DNA of 64,000 bases from Nitrospirales bacterium (GCA_963555755.3 OY820905.2:4320001-4384000), one strand, 5' to 3'; positions 10,245-22,138 are shown, counted from the stretch's first letter. Notes: a model not told the origin generated them from the sequence alone. Program-made: numbers and translations.

Positions 10245-10720
10245 TCATTTCGTGACGGACCTTAAGGTCGGACGACTGACCCCGAGTCTAGATGCTGCTC
10301 TGGCTATAGTGGCTCCTGTTGTTTTTAAGGTTTGTTGAATGAGCTCATGTTCTACTGCTTCTCGTGAATGCGTAAGAGTACATTCTGAATATCCAATGGT
10401 GAGGGAATCCCGTTCCATATCCCCCGAGGTAATTCGGATGTTGTCAGCCATAGCCACGCCCTGTTTAATGCGATTTTCTCATTCCCTCACGTTGCCGGGC
10501 CAATGATAGCGTTCGATGTTGATGAGGCTAATATTGGTGGTGGTGGTAATTCTTGCGTCGATGTCGATCGATTCCCGACCTCAAATTTGTTCAATGCACC
10601 GTTCCTGCAAGAATCGAAGGAGTTTCACTTGCAAGGCAGTGGGCAGTTCATCAATCTCACCTAAAAAGAGCGTGCCTCTGTCAGCGGATTTAATGCGGCC
10701 TTTGCGGCGTGTATGGGCAT
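10245..10720 (-). pseudogene. Degenerate copy of the 3' half of prsR
   Basis: Colinear similarity to 12850-13495 (e.g. gcaagaatcgaaggagtttcacttgcaaggcagt; 'ELIQQTLKTTGATIARAASRLGVSRPTL'), with an internal deletion and indels. Confidence 0.85.
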
Positions 10721-10751
10721 TGGTGTGTCAATTTTTAACCAGGCAATTCTT

Positions 10752-11223
10752 ATAGAGTACATTAAGGGAGCAATGCGAGTATAATGCCAGCATGAAAAAA
10801 AAAGATGCACGTACCCGAGACACGGGAACATCCACGCAGATAAGCGATTCGGTTAAAGAAGACGGAGTACGGGTATGTGGAGATTGCCATGATCATTGGA
10901 GCCCACCGGAACACCGTGTTATATTGGTGGATGGTCTATGAACGGGAAGGAATCACAGGCTTGAAGTCAAAGAAGCGAGGTTTCGAGAAAGGTCCATGGC
11001 GCACGCTCGGCAGTGCACAAGCACATGAGATTCAAGTGTTGATCGTGGAGAAGACCCCTGATCAGTTTGAAGTTGGTCTTTGCCCACTGGACCCGCTAGG
11101 CGGTGCAAGAGTTCATGAACATTCACTGTGTGAATCACTTTGCCTATTCGTACGGTCGGAGAGTATCTGAAGCGTTGGGGATGTACGCCGCAAAAGGCCT
11201 TGAAACGCGCGTATGAACGCTGA
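10752..11223 (+). mobile_element. IS630-family transposase remnant (N-terminal HTH part only)
   Basis: Fragments MKKKDART..., EIAMIIGAHRNTV..WW..YEREG..GLKSKKRG..KTPDQ, and KRWGCTPQKALKRAYER. Frameshifted; no DDE domain. Confidence 0.65.
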
Positions 11224-11527
11224 ATACCCTTTTCTGTGGTGTGAGGTAAAACGTACGAGCCATTCTCTGGGACCTGAGAGTTTTGTTGTGGGATGTCCTC
11301 GTCGCGGTCCCCCCTCCGAGGGCCAACCTACTGATAAAAGACTTTTTCAGGGATGACTAGTTGAGGAATACTGGGGGAAATAATAATAGTCAGTATTCTC
11401 GTTGGAAAATCCACTTTAGCAATCATCCAAAAGATCAAGGCCGTATAATCGTGTATCCTGAATTTAAGAATGATACACGCGTTCTCATAAGAAAATTCTC
11501 TTTTACAAACCTTTGAAGATTTGAGTT

Positions 11528-12121
11528 GTGTCTATGGAAAATCATATTGATCGAATTGGCGTCATCATCAATAACTCTATCAACGTCAAATTGGACTTAC
11601 TCAAGAATGAGGAGATACTCAATACCATTCACCAGGTGGCCACCGAGATTACCCTGGCCTATAAGAACAACAATAAGCTTCTCTTGTGTGGAAACGGTGG
11701 TAGCGCGGCTGATGCCCAGCACATTGCTGCCGAATTCACAGGCAGGTACTACTTGGATCGAGATCCGCTGCTTGCTGAAGCCCTGCATGTCAACACCTCG
11801 TACTTGACGGCGGTTGCCAATGATTATTCTTACGATAAAATTTATTCACGATACGTGAAAGCTGCTGGACGGGCAGGGGATATTCTCCTTGGATTCTCAA
11901 CTTCGGGCAATTCTGGAAACGTGGTAGATGCCTTGAGAGTCGCGAATGAACTCAATATGAAAACCGTCGGACTCACGGGCTCATCCGGTGGGAAGATGAA
12001 AGATATCTGCCACTATCTTATCAATGTGCCATCCATCGATACGCCAAGAATACAGGAGAGTCACATATTAATCGGGCATATTCTTTGTGAGATAGTCGAA
12101 TCAAACATTTTTGGCCAATAA
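11528..12121 (+). CDS. gmhA: D-sedoheptulose 7-phosphate isomerase
   Basis: Motifs LCGNGGSAADAQHIAAEF, TAVANDY, STSGNS, RIQESH. The start may be the ATG at 11534. Confidence 0.95.
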   Translation: MSMENHIDRIGVIINNSINVKLDLLKNEEILNTIHQVATEITLAYKNNNKLLLCGNGGSAADAQHIAAEFTGRYYLDRDPLLAEALHVNTSYLTAVANDYSYDKIYSRYVKAAGRAGDILLGFSTSGNSGNVVDALRVANELNMKTVGLTGSSGGKMKDICHYLINVPSIDTPRIQESHILIGHILCEIVESNIFGQ

Positions 12122-12279
12122 GGGCTCGCGCAAGAATACCTTCCCCTGTTTGTGTGCTGAGACGCCTGTCTGGCAAGGCGCGAGGACTGCGCATACTCCC
12201 CCGTATGGAAAAGACGAGCAACGCCGCCAGGCAGGATGGATCGACGCCCAAACAGGGGAAGGTATTCTTGCACGAGCCC
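12122..12279. mobile_element. MITE family A copy 1
   Basis: ~30-bp TIR GGGCTCGCGCAAGAATACCTTCCCCTGTTTG; TAA on both sides (the left TAA is the gmhA stop). Confidence 0.85.
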
Positions 12280-12805
12280 TAACACCCAGCCCCATCCCCC
12301 ATCTACTTGCTACCCCAACGGCATACTGATTGGCCCTCATGTTTGTTTTAACGTGAATCGGAGATTTCCGATGAATGGCATTGGGAATTTTTTCACAAGT
12401 TGGGGTAGGATAAAGAGGGTAAAGATCAGTGACGGGGTTTTGTCGTTGATGAGATGGTTGGCAGAACGGTGAGGAGTCTTTCCTTCCAGATAAGCGACGG
12501 ATTGATTTTTCCCGTAAAAAATGAAGTGAGGAAAATTAAAGACATTAGAAAAGGTAAGGAGGTGAAGTCGGGGGTTGCCCTGGGAAAATAAGAATGGATG
12601 GGGTAGCCCTATTGGTGTTCAAATGGGTAGTGGTGTAGAGGATTGAGCAGGTGTCGAAATATCGACAACCTGCTTTGAGAAATGAGATCTTTGTGAAAGG
12701 AGGAGGGTTTAGTTTCTATGAGGGCGAGTGTGGCTGCGAGTCTCTAGTCATTGTTGTTGATGGTCTACCTTCGTTTCGTGTGTTTTCATGTCATGGTCAC
12801 CACTC

Positions 12806-14239
12806 TTAACATTCTTTGGGCTCGCGAAGCGAGTATCGTACGATTAAATCATGAAGAGTGGGGCGGCTGATTCCCAGTTCTGAGGCGGCCCGTGTGATGT
12901 TGCCTCCTGTTTTTTTCAGAGTTTGTTGAATGAGTTTGCGTTCGATCGCTTCTCGTGCATCTTTGAGGGTATGTCCGGTATACCCCACGTTGGGGGAATC
13001 CAGTTCCAGATCTTCTGCGGTAATGCGGTTGCCATCGGCCATGGCGACGGCCCGTGTAATGCGATTTTCTAATTCCCTCACGTTGCCAGGCCAATGATAG
13101 CGTTCGATGCTGATTTTGGCCTCCTTGGTGAAGCCCGCAAAGTTTTTATCAACTTCGTCGGCGATGCGTGGCAGGAATCGCTCTGCAAGCAAAAGAATGT
13201 CACCCCCTCGATCCCTTAAGGGTGGAACTGGGATGGTGATGGTATTGAGTCGATAATAGAGGTCTTCCCGAAATTGTCCTTGAGCCATCGCTCGATCCAG
13301 GTCTACGTTGGTGGCGGCGATAATTCTTGCGTCGATTTCAATTGATTCCCGACCTCCAATTCGTTCAATGCCACGGTCTTGCAAGAATCGAAGGAGTTTC
13401 ACTTGCAAGGCAGTTGGCAGCTCACCAATCTCATCTAAAAAGAGCGTGCCTTTGTCGGCGGATTCGATGCGGCCTTTGCGGCGTGTATGGGCACCGGTGA
13501 AGGCGCCTTTTTCATGTCCGAATAATTCACTCTCCAATAAATTCTCGGGAATGGCTCCACAGTTAATCGCCACGAATGCTCCGTGTGCGCGGTCACTTTG
13601 TTGATGGAGTGCGCGGGCAATGAGTTCTTTCCCTGTTCCGCTTTCTCCGGTCACCAGAACGGAAATATCGGACTTGGCGACTCGTCGGACCACTTCAAAG
13701 ACTTTTTGCATGGGCGCACTCGTTCCGATCAAAGCCTCGAAATCTGACTGATCTTCCTGTTTTTTCAAGGTTCGGTTTTCCCCTTCGAGACGAAGGAGGT
13801 AGTTCGCGCGTTCCAGCACCACTTTCAATACTTCGACATGAATGGGTTTCTCAAGAAAATCATAAGCTCCGAGTTCGATGGCTCGGAGTGCATGGCGTCG
13901 ATCGGTGTTGCCGGTGGCCATGATGATTTTCAAATCCCGATTGATGGATAACATTTCTTCGAGAGCCGCAAGCCCTTCGACAGCCTCGTGGGGTCGGGGA
14001 GGTAGCCCAAGATCTAAAATGGCCAAATGTACAGGCTCATTTTGGACAATGTGGACGGCGGTCGTTCGGTCTCCAGCTTCCCGGATCTCGTAGTCTGAAT
14101 GTAGCGCCCATTTCATTTGTTGCCGAAGGTCTTCATCATCTTCGACAAGCAAGAGAGTTGGATGAGGGGTGTTCCTGTTCTTGGTCTCCATGGCATCATC
14201 CGGCGAATCATTCATTGGTTGGTTCAGTTGTGTCTTCAT
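12806..14239 (-). CDS. prsR: PEP-CTERM-box sigma54-dependent response regulator
   Basis: Receiver with LDLGLPP, AAA+ with GESGTGKE/GAFTGA, Fis HTH; adjacent to prsK, epsI and exosortase. Confidence 0.9.
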   Translation of the reverse strand: MKTQLNQPMNDSPDDAMETKNRNTPHPTLLLVEDDEDLRQQMKWALHSDYEIREAGDRTTAVHIVQNEPVHLAILDLGLPPRPHEAVEGLAALEEMLSINRDLKIIMATGNTDRRHALRAIELGAYDFLEKPIHVEVLKVVLERANYLLRLEGENRTLKKQEDQSDFEALIGTSAPMQKVFEVVRRVAKSDISVLVTGESGTGKELIARALHQQSDRAHGAFVAINCGAIPENLLESELFGHEKGAFTGAHTRRKGRIESADKGTLFLDEIGELPTALQVKLLRFLQDRGIERIGGRESIEIDARIIAATNVDLDRAMAQGQFREDLYYRLNTITIPVPPLRDRGGDILLLAERFLPRIADEVDKNFAGFTKEAKISIERYHWPGNVRELENRITRAVAMADGNRITAEDLELDSPNVGYTGHTLKDAREAIERKLIQQTLKKTGGNITRAASELGISRPTLHDLIVRYSLREPKEC

Positions 14240-14277
14240 ATCATTCCTCTCACGTGTCGCGTGTCAGATAGCGGTGC

Positions 14278-17200
14278 TTACGCCGCTGGCAAGACAATAT
14301 GGACATTGGTTCCTTGCCCCTCTTGGCTTTCAATGCGAATCGAGCCTCTCGATTGTTCCACGATCGACTTACATTGATAGAGCCCAATCCCCAAACCGTC
14401 CTTTTTCGTCGTTTTAAATGGTTGGAAGAGGGTTCGTAATTGAGTCTCGGGGATACCCGGTCCCGAATCGGCAATGGTGATGGCGACGCTTCCCTGTGTG
14501 TCTTTCGTGGAAATGTGAATGGTTCCGGAATCCCCTGCCGATTGCGTGGCGTTCATCATGAGGTTCATGAATAATTGCTTGAATTGATCGGGGACGATGG
14601 AGACAGGAGGTAACGCCTGGGCCATGGATAACGTGGGTTCTTGTATGCTGGTCGCCAGGGACCGAATGGCTTCATTAATAATGTCATTGATATTGACCGT
14701 GTGAAAAGACTCCGCGTGTTCAACAGTGACAGCTTGTGATTGCACCGACAGTTTATTAATAAGTCCGGTGAGTTTCGTGACCGTATTGGTGATGGTCCGC
14801 ATGGCTGATGCTTGAAAGGTCGGATCCTGGCCATGGGTCTTGGCGTTTTGGGCTACCATGGAGAGGCCGGCAATCAGGGTTTTGAGGTCGTGTAGATAAA
14901 AGGTAGAAAATCGGCTGACGGCTTCCCATTTGGCTGTAGCCGTCCGTTCTTCGGACAGCTTGGCTTGAGTGAGTTGCACGGATACGTAATGGGTGATGGA
15001 CGTCATGAGATCAAAATCGTCTTGTCGATAATGACGGTGTCCAAATTGGCCGCTGAGCGTAATGAAACCGTGACACACATCGGTGGTTCGTAACGGGATA
15101 CACAACAGGGCATGTGTGGTATGTAGGAACGGTTTCCACCCAGGTGAGTCTGTGCCCTCAACACGGGAAAGTTCAATGATTTCCTCACCCGACTGTATAA
15201 GGTCGTGAAGGGGATGCTGAATGGGTAAGGGGTGGGGGGCGTCGTCGATATTCGCGGAACGAACCTGGTGAAATCGTCCATCGGCTTCATAGTGAAGCCA
15301 GGTGGTGACGTGTTCGGCTCCAAACGTTCGAATCATCAATTCCAGGCAGTTGTCTAAAATCCTATCAACGGAATCGCACGTCCGAAACGCGTCTGTGACC
15401 TCGATCCATTTGAGGCGATAATCGTATTTTGAACGCAAAAAGTGGCGTGTGAGCAACAGCCGAAGCTCTGTTTTCACCTGTCGTGAAGAGAGAATCACAA
15501 TGAGGCCGATAGTGGCGATAAAGACAACCAGAATCCCGATCGATTCACCGATGGCCCAGTTCGTTCGCCTGATCAATTCGCCCAGCCCACCGACGATGAT
15601 AAAGTAGCCTCCGACAATGAGAAGCGTGAATGAGGTGTACAGGGCTTGAGGAGAGATATACACGGCACGGCTCAAATCGTGAAAGTGCCACCGTCCCAGG
15701 CCGAAGCCGATCAGGGCGAGGGATAAGAGCGTTATGACGCCTTGGGCGAAAATGTAGCCCTTGTTTCCCTGCAGAAAAATGTCCAGTTGGGTCGACTGGA
15801 GGATGGCGAAACCTGCCAAACTCCCCAGCCCAATAATGACAAACTTGATCTGATACCGGAGCGGGTCACGAGAAGCTCGGAGGACTTGTTCCAATTGGGC
15901 CAATGCCGCCACTAAGGCGATTAAAATAAAGGGGTCTTCGTGGAATTGAGTGGGTAGAATAAACGGGCTGATCGTCTATAATGTGCTCAGGACAAGGGAT
16001 TCAAAAGTTTTTCTACCTGAAAAAAGTTGGCATAGGTGACGGATGCGTACACCCCGACGACTTGAGGACACGTATCGCTTCCCGGGGTTTCGTCCCCGGG
16101 CCACTGTTCGGGGGGTCTTTGGGGATCCGAAGGTCCGCATTCTCCCGCTCCAGCGTCGGGGAAAAAAACACTCTGTGGGACGTGTGGCCGTGGGCATCGC
16201 ACGTTTTACGACCACACGCTCCGTTGGATTCGGGATTTGTCCTGTGGCGACACGCGTATCTACCTGGAAGTCCCCATTCGGCGGGTGTGGTGCCGGACCT
16301 GCCGCAAGGTGAAGCGGGAGCGGCTGGCCTGGCTGGCCACCAACCCGTTGTACACCAAACGCTTTGCGTTCTACGTGGGGCGGCGCTGTGCCAGTGCTCC
16401 GATCCGTGCCGTAGCCCGCGAGCTGCAGCTGGACTGGCATACCGTCAAGGAGCTGGAGAAGCAGTATATGCGAGCGCAGCTCAAGCGCGCAGGGACACCT
16501 GGGCCCCAGGTCATCGGCATTGATGAGATCTCGATCAAAAAGGGGCACACCTACCGGATTGTGGTGAGCGACCTGGTGCGACGGCGGCCCATCTGGTTCG
16601 GAGGTACGGACCGCTCGGAAGCGAGTATGGATCAGTTCTATCAGTGGTTGGGGTCGAAGAAGAGCCAAAAAATTCGCCTGGCGGTGATGGATATGTGGAA
16701 AGCCTTCCGCACCTCGACGCGCCACCCGAACCATGCACCAGCGGCGGCCATCTTGTTCGACAAGTTCCATGTCCTGCGCCATTTGAGCAAAGCCCTCGAT
16801 ACAGTCCGTAAGCGGGAATATGCCCGGCTGACCGGCAAGGAGCGCGCCTACATCAAGGGCCAGAAATACACCTTGCTCTCCCATCGGGACAATCTGACGC
16901 TTGATGGACGCCGCGCACTGAAAAAGCTGTTGGCCGCGAATAAGCGATTGCACACAGCCTACCTCCTCAAGGAATCCTTCAGCCAACTCTGGGACTACGA
17001 CAAGGAAGGTTGGGCCAAACGATTCTTCGAGCAATGGAAAGCCTCGCTGAAATGGCAACGGTTGAAACCGTATGAAGAATTTGCACGAGTGATCGACCGG
17101 CATTGGGATGGGATTGCCGCCTACTGTCAACCCGAAAACAAAGTGGCCTTGGGGTTTGTCGAGGGCCTCAACAACAAAATCCGAGTGCTGCAACGACGCG

Positions 17201-17727
17201 CCTATGGCTTGCGGGATGAGGAGTACCTCCGCTTGAAAGTGCTCACCTGCATGCTGCCAGAGATCTAAAATGCCTCAAATGCACCCACACGATTACGCGA
17301 AGAGCCAAATAAAGAGACTGATGATTTTGCCCGGAACCCAGAGTGGAAGGAGATCTGCTAAAGGAAAGAACGTGGGAGCCAAAAGAATAGCCGTACACAG
17401 AAGGCCCAGGATCCAAAGGGCTTGAAACCGCCACCTAGATTCGGAAATGTTATCGGGATGGTGCTCAACTACAAATGAGGCCCCCACCTTATACAAGATG
17501 ACGGGAAACATGATTTCTCCTGCCATGGCCAACTGTTTCCACATGAGCGTTCGTGTAGGATCAAGGATTTCCAATACATGGCCGGCTTGAATCCAAGCCA
17601 TGGTGACCAGGACGGCAACCAAGGCTTTTTCCACTGGACCGCGCGATCGTTTAAGAAGAATGGCTCCCGCGAGCAAGAGTGAGGCGAGTGAACTGAGGAA
17701 TATCGGAACTAACCAGCCAATTGCCAC
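14278..17727 (-). pseudogene. prsK: PEP-CTERM system histidine kinase, interrupted by ISL3
   Basis: N-terminal TM part (17307-17727) plus C-terminal part with SKYDYR, GAF, HDLK and HATPase. Removing the IS and one TSD gives 2067 nt in frame (688 aa). Confidence 0.9.
15932..17306 (+). mobile_element. ISL3-family insertion sequence
   Basis: TIRs GGGTCTTCG.../...CGAAGAGCC; 8-bp TSD AAATAAAG (15924-15931, 17307-17314). Transposase motifs IGIDE, MDMW, DKFH, VEGLNNKI; split in two frames at an A7 tract (16162-16168). Confidence 0.93.
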
Positions 17728-17737
17728 AACTAATCCC

Positions 17738-18418
17738 TCATGTCATGGCGGACGGAGGCATATGGGTCAACAAGACTGGCCACATGTCTTTGAGAAATGC
17801 CACGCCAACCTCAAAGGCCTCTTCCGGTGTGCCGGAGACTGGTATAATAATGCGGACTAATGAGCCATCCGTTCGATTTTTGGTCATCGAGTCCCAAATC
17901 ATATAGCCTTTCGCCCAGTATTCGCTCGCAATCACTCGGCCGCGGTCATGGTACCAATACAGTACAAGTTGTTGATCAACTCCCTTTTGAATGAGCACTT
18001 TATTGATAAGAATTGATGGTCCGCTCTTGGTCATGGGAACCGAGGCCATGCTGATATCGGCAAAATTCCAGCCGGCCCCAGGCAGACAATTTTTGGGAGA
18101 GTGATAGGTCGCCCCGGTTCGTTGGCTTTCGTAATACCCAATGTACAATGAAACGGGTTCCAAGGGAGGCGTCTGATGTGCGCCCGCGGCTGCTGGGGTG
18201 GGGGTGTAGATGCGCATCAAATAATCACTGACCTTGAGCTTGTCTAGGACTTTTTCCTCAAGTGGGAGTTCTTGGCCTTCCCAGCGGTCGGCGAGTGTTA
18301 TTGAAAAGTCAGCAAAGGGTTTTTTCGCGGGAATGAGTTCTCCGTGGGAAAGCGATTGTATGAGTCCAATCGTTCCAACCAGAATCAGTGATGCCACCAC
18401 AAAAGGCCAAGGTTTCAT
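17738..18418 (-). CDS. epsI: Exosortase-associated EpsI-family protein
   Basis: Motifs LYIGYY.SQR.G..YHSPKNCLPGAGW, VLYWY, RTDGSLVR; downstream of exosortase. Confidence 0.9.
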   Translation of the reverse strand: MKPWPFVVASLILVGTIGLIQSLSHGELIPAKKPFADFSITLADRWEGQELPLEEKVLDKLKVSDYLMRIYTPTPAAAGAHQTPPLEPVSLYIGYYESQRTGATYHSPKNCLPGAGWNFADISMASVPMTKSGPSILINKVLIQKGVDQQLVLYWYHDRGRVIASEYWAKGYMIWDSMTKNRTDGSLVRIIIPVSGTPEEAFEVGVAFLKDMWPVLLTHMPPSAMT

Positions 18419-18507
18419 GATTGCTCCATGTGAACAGACACGCGGTTTCGGTTACTCCGAGGATTCTCTTCTGATCGGAACAGCCGTGCCGAGTGTCATG
18501 AGAGTGA

Positions 18508-18686
18508 GGACCTGAGAGAAAATACCTTGGACCATATCGCGCCAAGATTTGGGTCGGATTTGGACGGAACGATTGAGAAAAACCCGAAGCATAGCACAGC
18601 TATGTTGAGGGTTTGTCGATTGAGGCCCGTTCAAGGATGGCCCGAAGATTGGATGCGAGATGTCCACGTTATGTTCTCTCAGGTCC
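18508..18686. mobile_element. MITE-like element (family D)
   Basis: Inverted ends GGACCTGAGAGAA ... TTCTCTCAGGTCC, abutting the exosortase stop codon; internal CATAG-N5-CTATG hairpin. Confidence 0.6.
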
Positions 18687-19589
18687 TCACACCGGAGTCA
18701 CGGAATGGCGAGGCGGTTGTTTGCCGATTTTTGCGATAATGGTGCCGCATCCAAGCAAGAGAATAAACGCCACCACAAACACGAGCCAGCCTTCAAACGT
18801 ATGATAAAAACCTTCTGCGGCTTCCGTGCCCCAATAGTTTGCTAAGATTCCCGTTCCCGTGACCCGAAGTGCATTGGCCACAATAGCGATGGGGATGGAC
18901 AATAAGACCAAGGCCCAACGTTTCCACAGTTGGCGTTGGGAGAAATAACCATAGACGGTCCCGAGAGCCAGTAATGCGACGAGTGAGCGAAGGCCACTAC
19001 AGGCTTCGGCCACTTCTAAGGTTGTTCCGGCCAGGAAAATGAGGTTCCCTTCTCGTAAGACCGGGATCCCTAAATTAAAGAGGCAAAATGAGGCGGATTG
19101 TGCCGCAAAAATTTGCAAGGGGAAGGCGATCGTATTCACCACGATAGCCGGGAGAGGGATCATGAACAAGAGGAAGACAATGGGGAGACTCAGTGTAACC
19201 AGCATCCGTTTGCCGAGTATCAACAGTGTCAGTCCTGTGATCAGCACAATAAACGACACGCGTTGCGCAAAGAGTTCAGCGCCCACTGACCCGATGACCA
19301 ACATCGCCATGCCCAGAATCAGGATGGGGATGCCCAAGATACTTGGTTGAATCGGCAATTCTCGTAATCCAGTCCATCGTTCGTAGATAAAAAAGGCGGA
19401 CATAAAAGGAACAATAAACCCATGAGAATAGTTGGGATCGTTATCCCAATCATAGAGTAAGCCGGCAAAGATTTCGTAGTATAACGCGGTGATGAGACCG
19501 AACAGGATGGTGGCAAGCAGGGAGCCGATGATCACCCCGGAGTGCCCACGTTCCTGTTGATGAAGACCTTCATTCATGATTTGTGACAA
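18687..19589 (-). CDS. Exosortase (EpsH/Xrt family)
   Basis: Multi-TM protein with YSHG, VAEACSGLRS, NALR and YH.F.GW, giving the catalytic Cys/Arg/His. Confidence 0.93.
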   Translation of the reverse strand: MSQIMNEGLHQQERGHSGVIIGSLLATILFGLITALYYEIFAGLLYDWDNDPNYSHGFIVPFMSAFFIYERWTGLRELPIQPSILGIPILILGMAMLVIGSVGAELFAQRVSFIVLITGLTLLILGKRMLVTLSLPIVFLLFMIPLPAIVVNTIAFPLQIFAAQSASFCLFNLGIPVLREGNLIFLAGTTLEVAEACSGLRSLVALLALGTVYGYFSQRQLWKRWALVLLSIPIAIVANALRVTGTGILANYWGTEAAEGFYHTFEGWLVFVVAFILLLGCGTIIAKIGKQPPRHSVTPV

Positions 19590-19862
19590 CCTCGGTCAGA
19601 GTTGAGCAAACCGTCGAGGCCAGGTCGTGACGACAGTGCTCATTATTCCGAATCTTTTTACTTTGTAGGGATTTAGTCGGACGAGGTGACGAATTTCTTT
19701 ACACTTTCCAGTCGTCGTTTTAGATCGGCAATATTGTCCATGTGTCCAGGTTGGTGAGGTTCTGCCTCATTCTTGAAGGATTGGGCGAATCTTGTGTTGT
19801 TCCTGTTTGTTGAGGCGAATGAAAGCGTGAGTCAGTGCCATTCACCGCATGCCACTATGGTA

Positions 19863-20008
19863 GGGTTGTTGAAAAAAGGTTATCCAGCAAGGCCGCAGGG
19901 GATGTGGCGCCCGCAGCGTACATGGAGTACGTGAGGGCGAATGGCGCGAAGAGCGCCAAGTCTGTGAGCGCGAAGCTCGACAAAGCCCCGACCTGCCTGC
20001 GCGAACCC
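19863..20008. repeat. MITE-like repeat, family C left end with a family A-like right end
   Basis: GGGTTGTTGAAAAAAGG...GCAAGGCCGCAG...AGCGTAC-N5-GTACGTGAG..., ending GCGCGAACCC next to the stop codon at 20009-20011. Confidence 0.6.
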
Positions 20009-21391
20009 TTATGCAGATTGATCAGATTTATTCGTCGGAAATAAGTGATATTTTTTTAGCAGCTTATAAAAGTCTGAACGGTATCGTCCGGCGATTTGAG
20101 AGGATCGGGAAATATTGCCTTCTGTAATTTGCAGTAACGTTTTTAAATAGTCTTGTTCAAAGGATTCTTTGGCTTGGGTCAGGGGGGCGAGCATACCTTT
20201 GCCGGCTTGTCGCACAATGGGAAGAAGATCAGCCGTGATCATGTCCTGTGTAGCCATAATCACAGCATGCTCTACGACATTTTCTAATTCTCGGATGTTG
20301 CCAGGCCACGAATGGACGGTCAATTTTTGTAAGGCCTCGGGAACAAAGCCGCGAATGGCTTTATTGGAACGGGCTGCACTCTTTTGCAAAAAATGTTGGG
20401 CGAAGATGGGAATATCCTGTCTCCGTTCCCGGAGTGGGGGAAGGGTAAGCGGGACGACTTGGATGCGATAAAATAAGTCCTCTCGAAATCGGCCCTCTCG
20501 TACGGCGGCGCTCAGATCTTTGTTGGTAGCCGTAATGAGCCGGACATCGATTTTAATGGGCTGCCGGGCGCCAATGGGAAAGACTTCTCGCTCTTGGATG
20601 GCTCGAAGCAATTTTCCTTGAAGCGAAAGCGGTATTTCGCCAATCTCATCCAGGAAGAGCGTTCCTCGATGGCCGGTTTCGAAGAGACCGATTTTTGAGT
20701 GATAGGCGCCGGTAAACGACCCTCTCGTGTATCCAAATAACTCACTTTCAAACAGTGCGTCCGGGATTGCGGCGCAATTGACACCGACAAATGGGCCTGT
20801 GGCTCGTGAACTATTACAGTGTAGGACACGGGCAATGACTTCCTTGCCGGTCCCAGTCTCTCCGGAAATACAGACGGTGGCATCCGTATTGGCTACTCGA
20901 CTCACCTGTTGAAGAATTGCCTGCATTTGCGGGCTGCGAGCGACGACATTGTCAATCCCATACAGTTCGTTGACCAACATCTTTAATCGTTGAATCTCCT
21001 GAGTCATGCGCTGTTGCGACAGGGCTTTATCAATGCACCCATGCAGTTCCTTATCGTCAAAGGGTTTGGTTAAATACGAGTACGCGCCTTTTTTCATGGC
21101 TTCCACGGCATCCGGAATGCAGCCATGGGCTGTCAGGATCAAGACGGGAAGGTTGGAATGGAGCTGGAGTAATTCTTCCATGACGGTCAGCCCACTCATG
21201 TCCGGCATCCGAACGTCCAAAATGGCGAAGTCATAGAGGTCTTCTTGAATATGGGCAATCGCGGCCTTCCCGTTTGAACAGACGGTGACGTCGAAGCCAA
21301 AAGCGGTCAAACGCATTCGTAACAAGGTGAGTAGGCCTTCATCATCATCCATGATGAGAATGCGTTCCTTGGTGGCATTAAGGGCTGTCAC
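20009..21391 (-). CDS. Sigma54-dependent response regulator, GlrR/QseF-like
   Basis: Receiver plus AAA+ (GETGTGKE, GSFTGA) and C-terminal 'IAGRYRSDFYKLLKKY', resembling the GlrR tail. Confidence 0.85.
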   Translation of the reverse strand: MTALNATKERILIMDDDEGLLTLLRMRLTAFGFDVTVCSNGKAAIAHIQEDLYDFAILDVRMPDMSGLTVMEELLQLHSNLPVLILTAHGCIPDAVEAMKKGAYSYLTKPFDDKELHGCIDKALSQQRMTQEIQRLKMLVNELYGIDNVVARSPQMQAILQQVSRVANTDATVCISGETGTGKEVIARVLHCNSSRATGPFVGVNCAAIPDALFESELFGYTRGSFTGAYHSKIGLFETGHRGTLFLDEIGEIPLSLQGKLLRAIQEREVFPIGARQPIKIDVRLITATNKDLSAAVREGRFREDLFYRIQVVPLTLPPLRERRQDIPIFAQHFLQKSAARSNKAIRGFVPEALQKLTVHSWPGNIRELENVVEHAVIMATQDMITADLLPIVRQAGKGMLAPLTQAKESFEQDYLKTLLQITEGNISRSSQIAGRYRSDFYKLLKKYHLFPTNKSDQSA

Positions 21392-22138
21392 GAGATTCCT
21401 CCTTGGGGGTCAAAATAGTTTCCGAGGGAGTGGTGGGTGTGGCTTTTTCCTTGAGTTCCTGATCGATCCGTCGGAGCGCATGGAGTTGACCCGTGAGTTC
21501 GGCGACCTTTTTATCACGGGCCTGCAACTCTTGTTGAAGCAAAGGCATCGAGGCCGATTCGGTTTTGAGTGTTGCCACTTCTTGTGAGAGTTTATGCATG
21601 TGCTCACTCAGGGCGTTGATTTTGGTTTCTTGGGCAATCAGGTGAAGCTTCAGATCTGATGAGCCAGTGGTATGAACGGGCAACTCTTCTAATAACTCAA
21701 GGTCTCGCTTGAGTAACGTCCGGACCAATTCTCGAGTCATGTCTTTGGCAGAGGCCGGTTGGGATTTGGACGGACGAAGTTCGTCTAAGAGCCACAACCA
21801 CACCCGACTTGCCTGACTCACACGATGTTGGGGTGACGACTCTATGACTTTTTGAAAGTGATAACTGGCGATATCGGTATTGGAATGCAAAGCGGTTAAG
21901 CCTTTAAGAAAATGTGCCTGGGTACAAGCCGTGGGATTTCGGCATTGAGATAATTGGTTGTCTGCGCGAACCCCAAGCACATCAAGAAATGTTGCATCCT
22001 GAGGATCCGGATTCAAAATCATGGAAGGGGAGATCGGTGTTCCGGTCTTGGGAAAATGGGCTGTCATGGGATAGGGCAGGGCCATTTCATTCTTTTTATA
22101 AGCAAGGGATTCCATGAGGTTTTTTGTGCGCTCTTTTT

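Noticed and set aside
12652..12667. TGTCG-N6-CGACA activator site
   Set aside because: The palindrome is real, but no sigma54 promoter or target gene could be assigned nearby.
15976..17193. 405-aa minus-strand ORF
   Set aside because: Antisense shadow of the ISL3 transposase.
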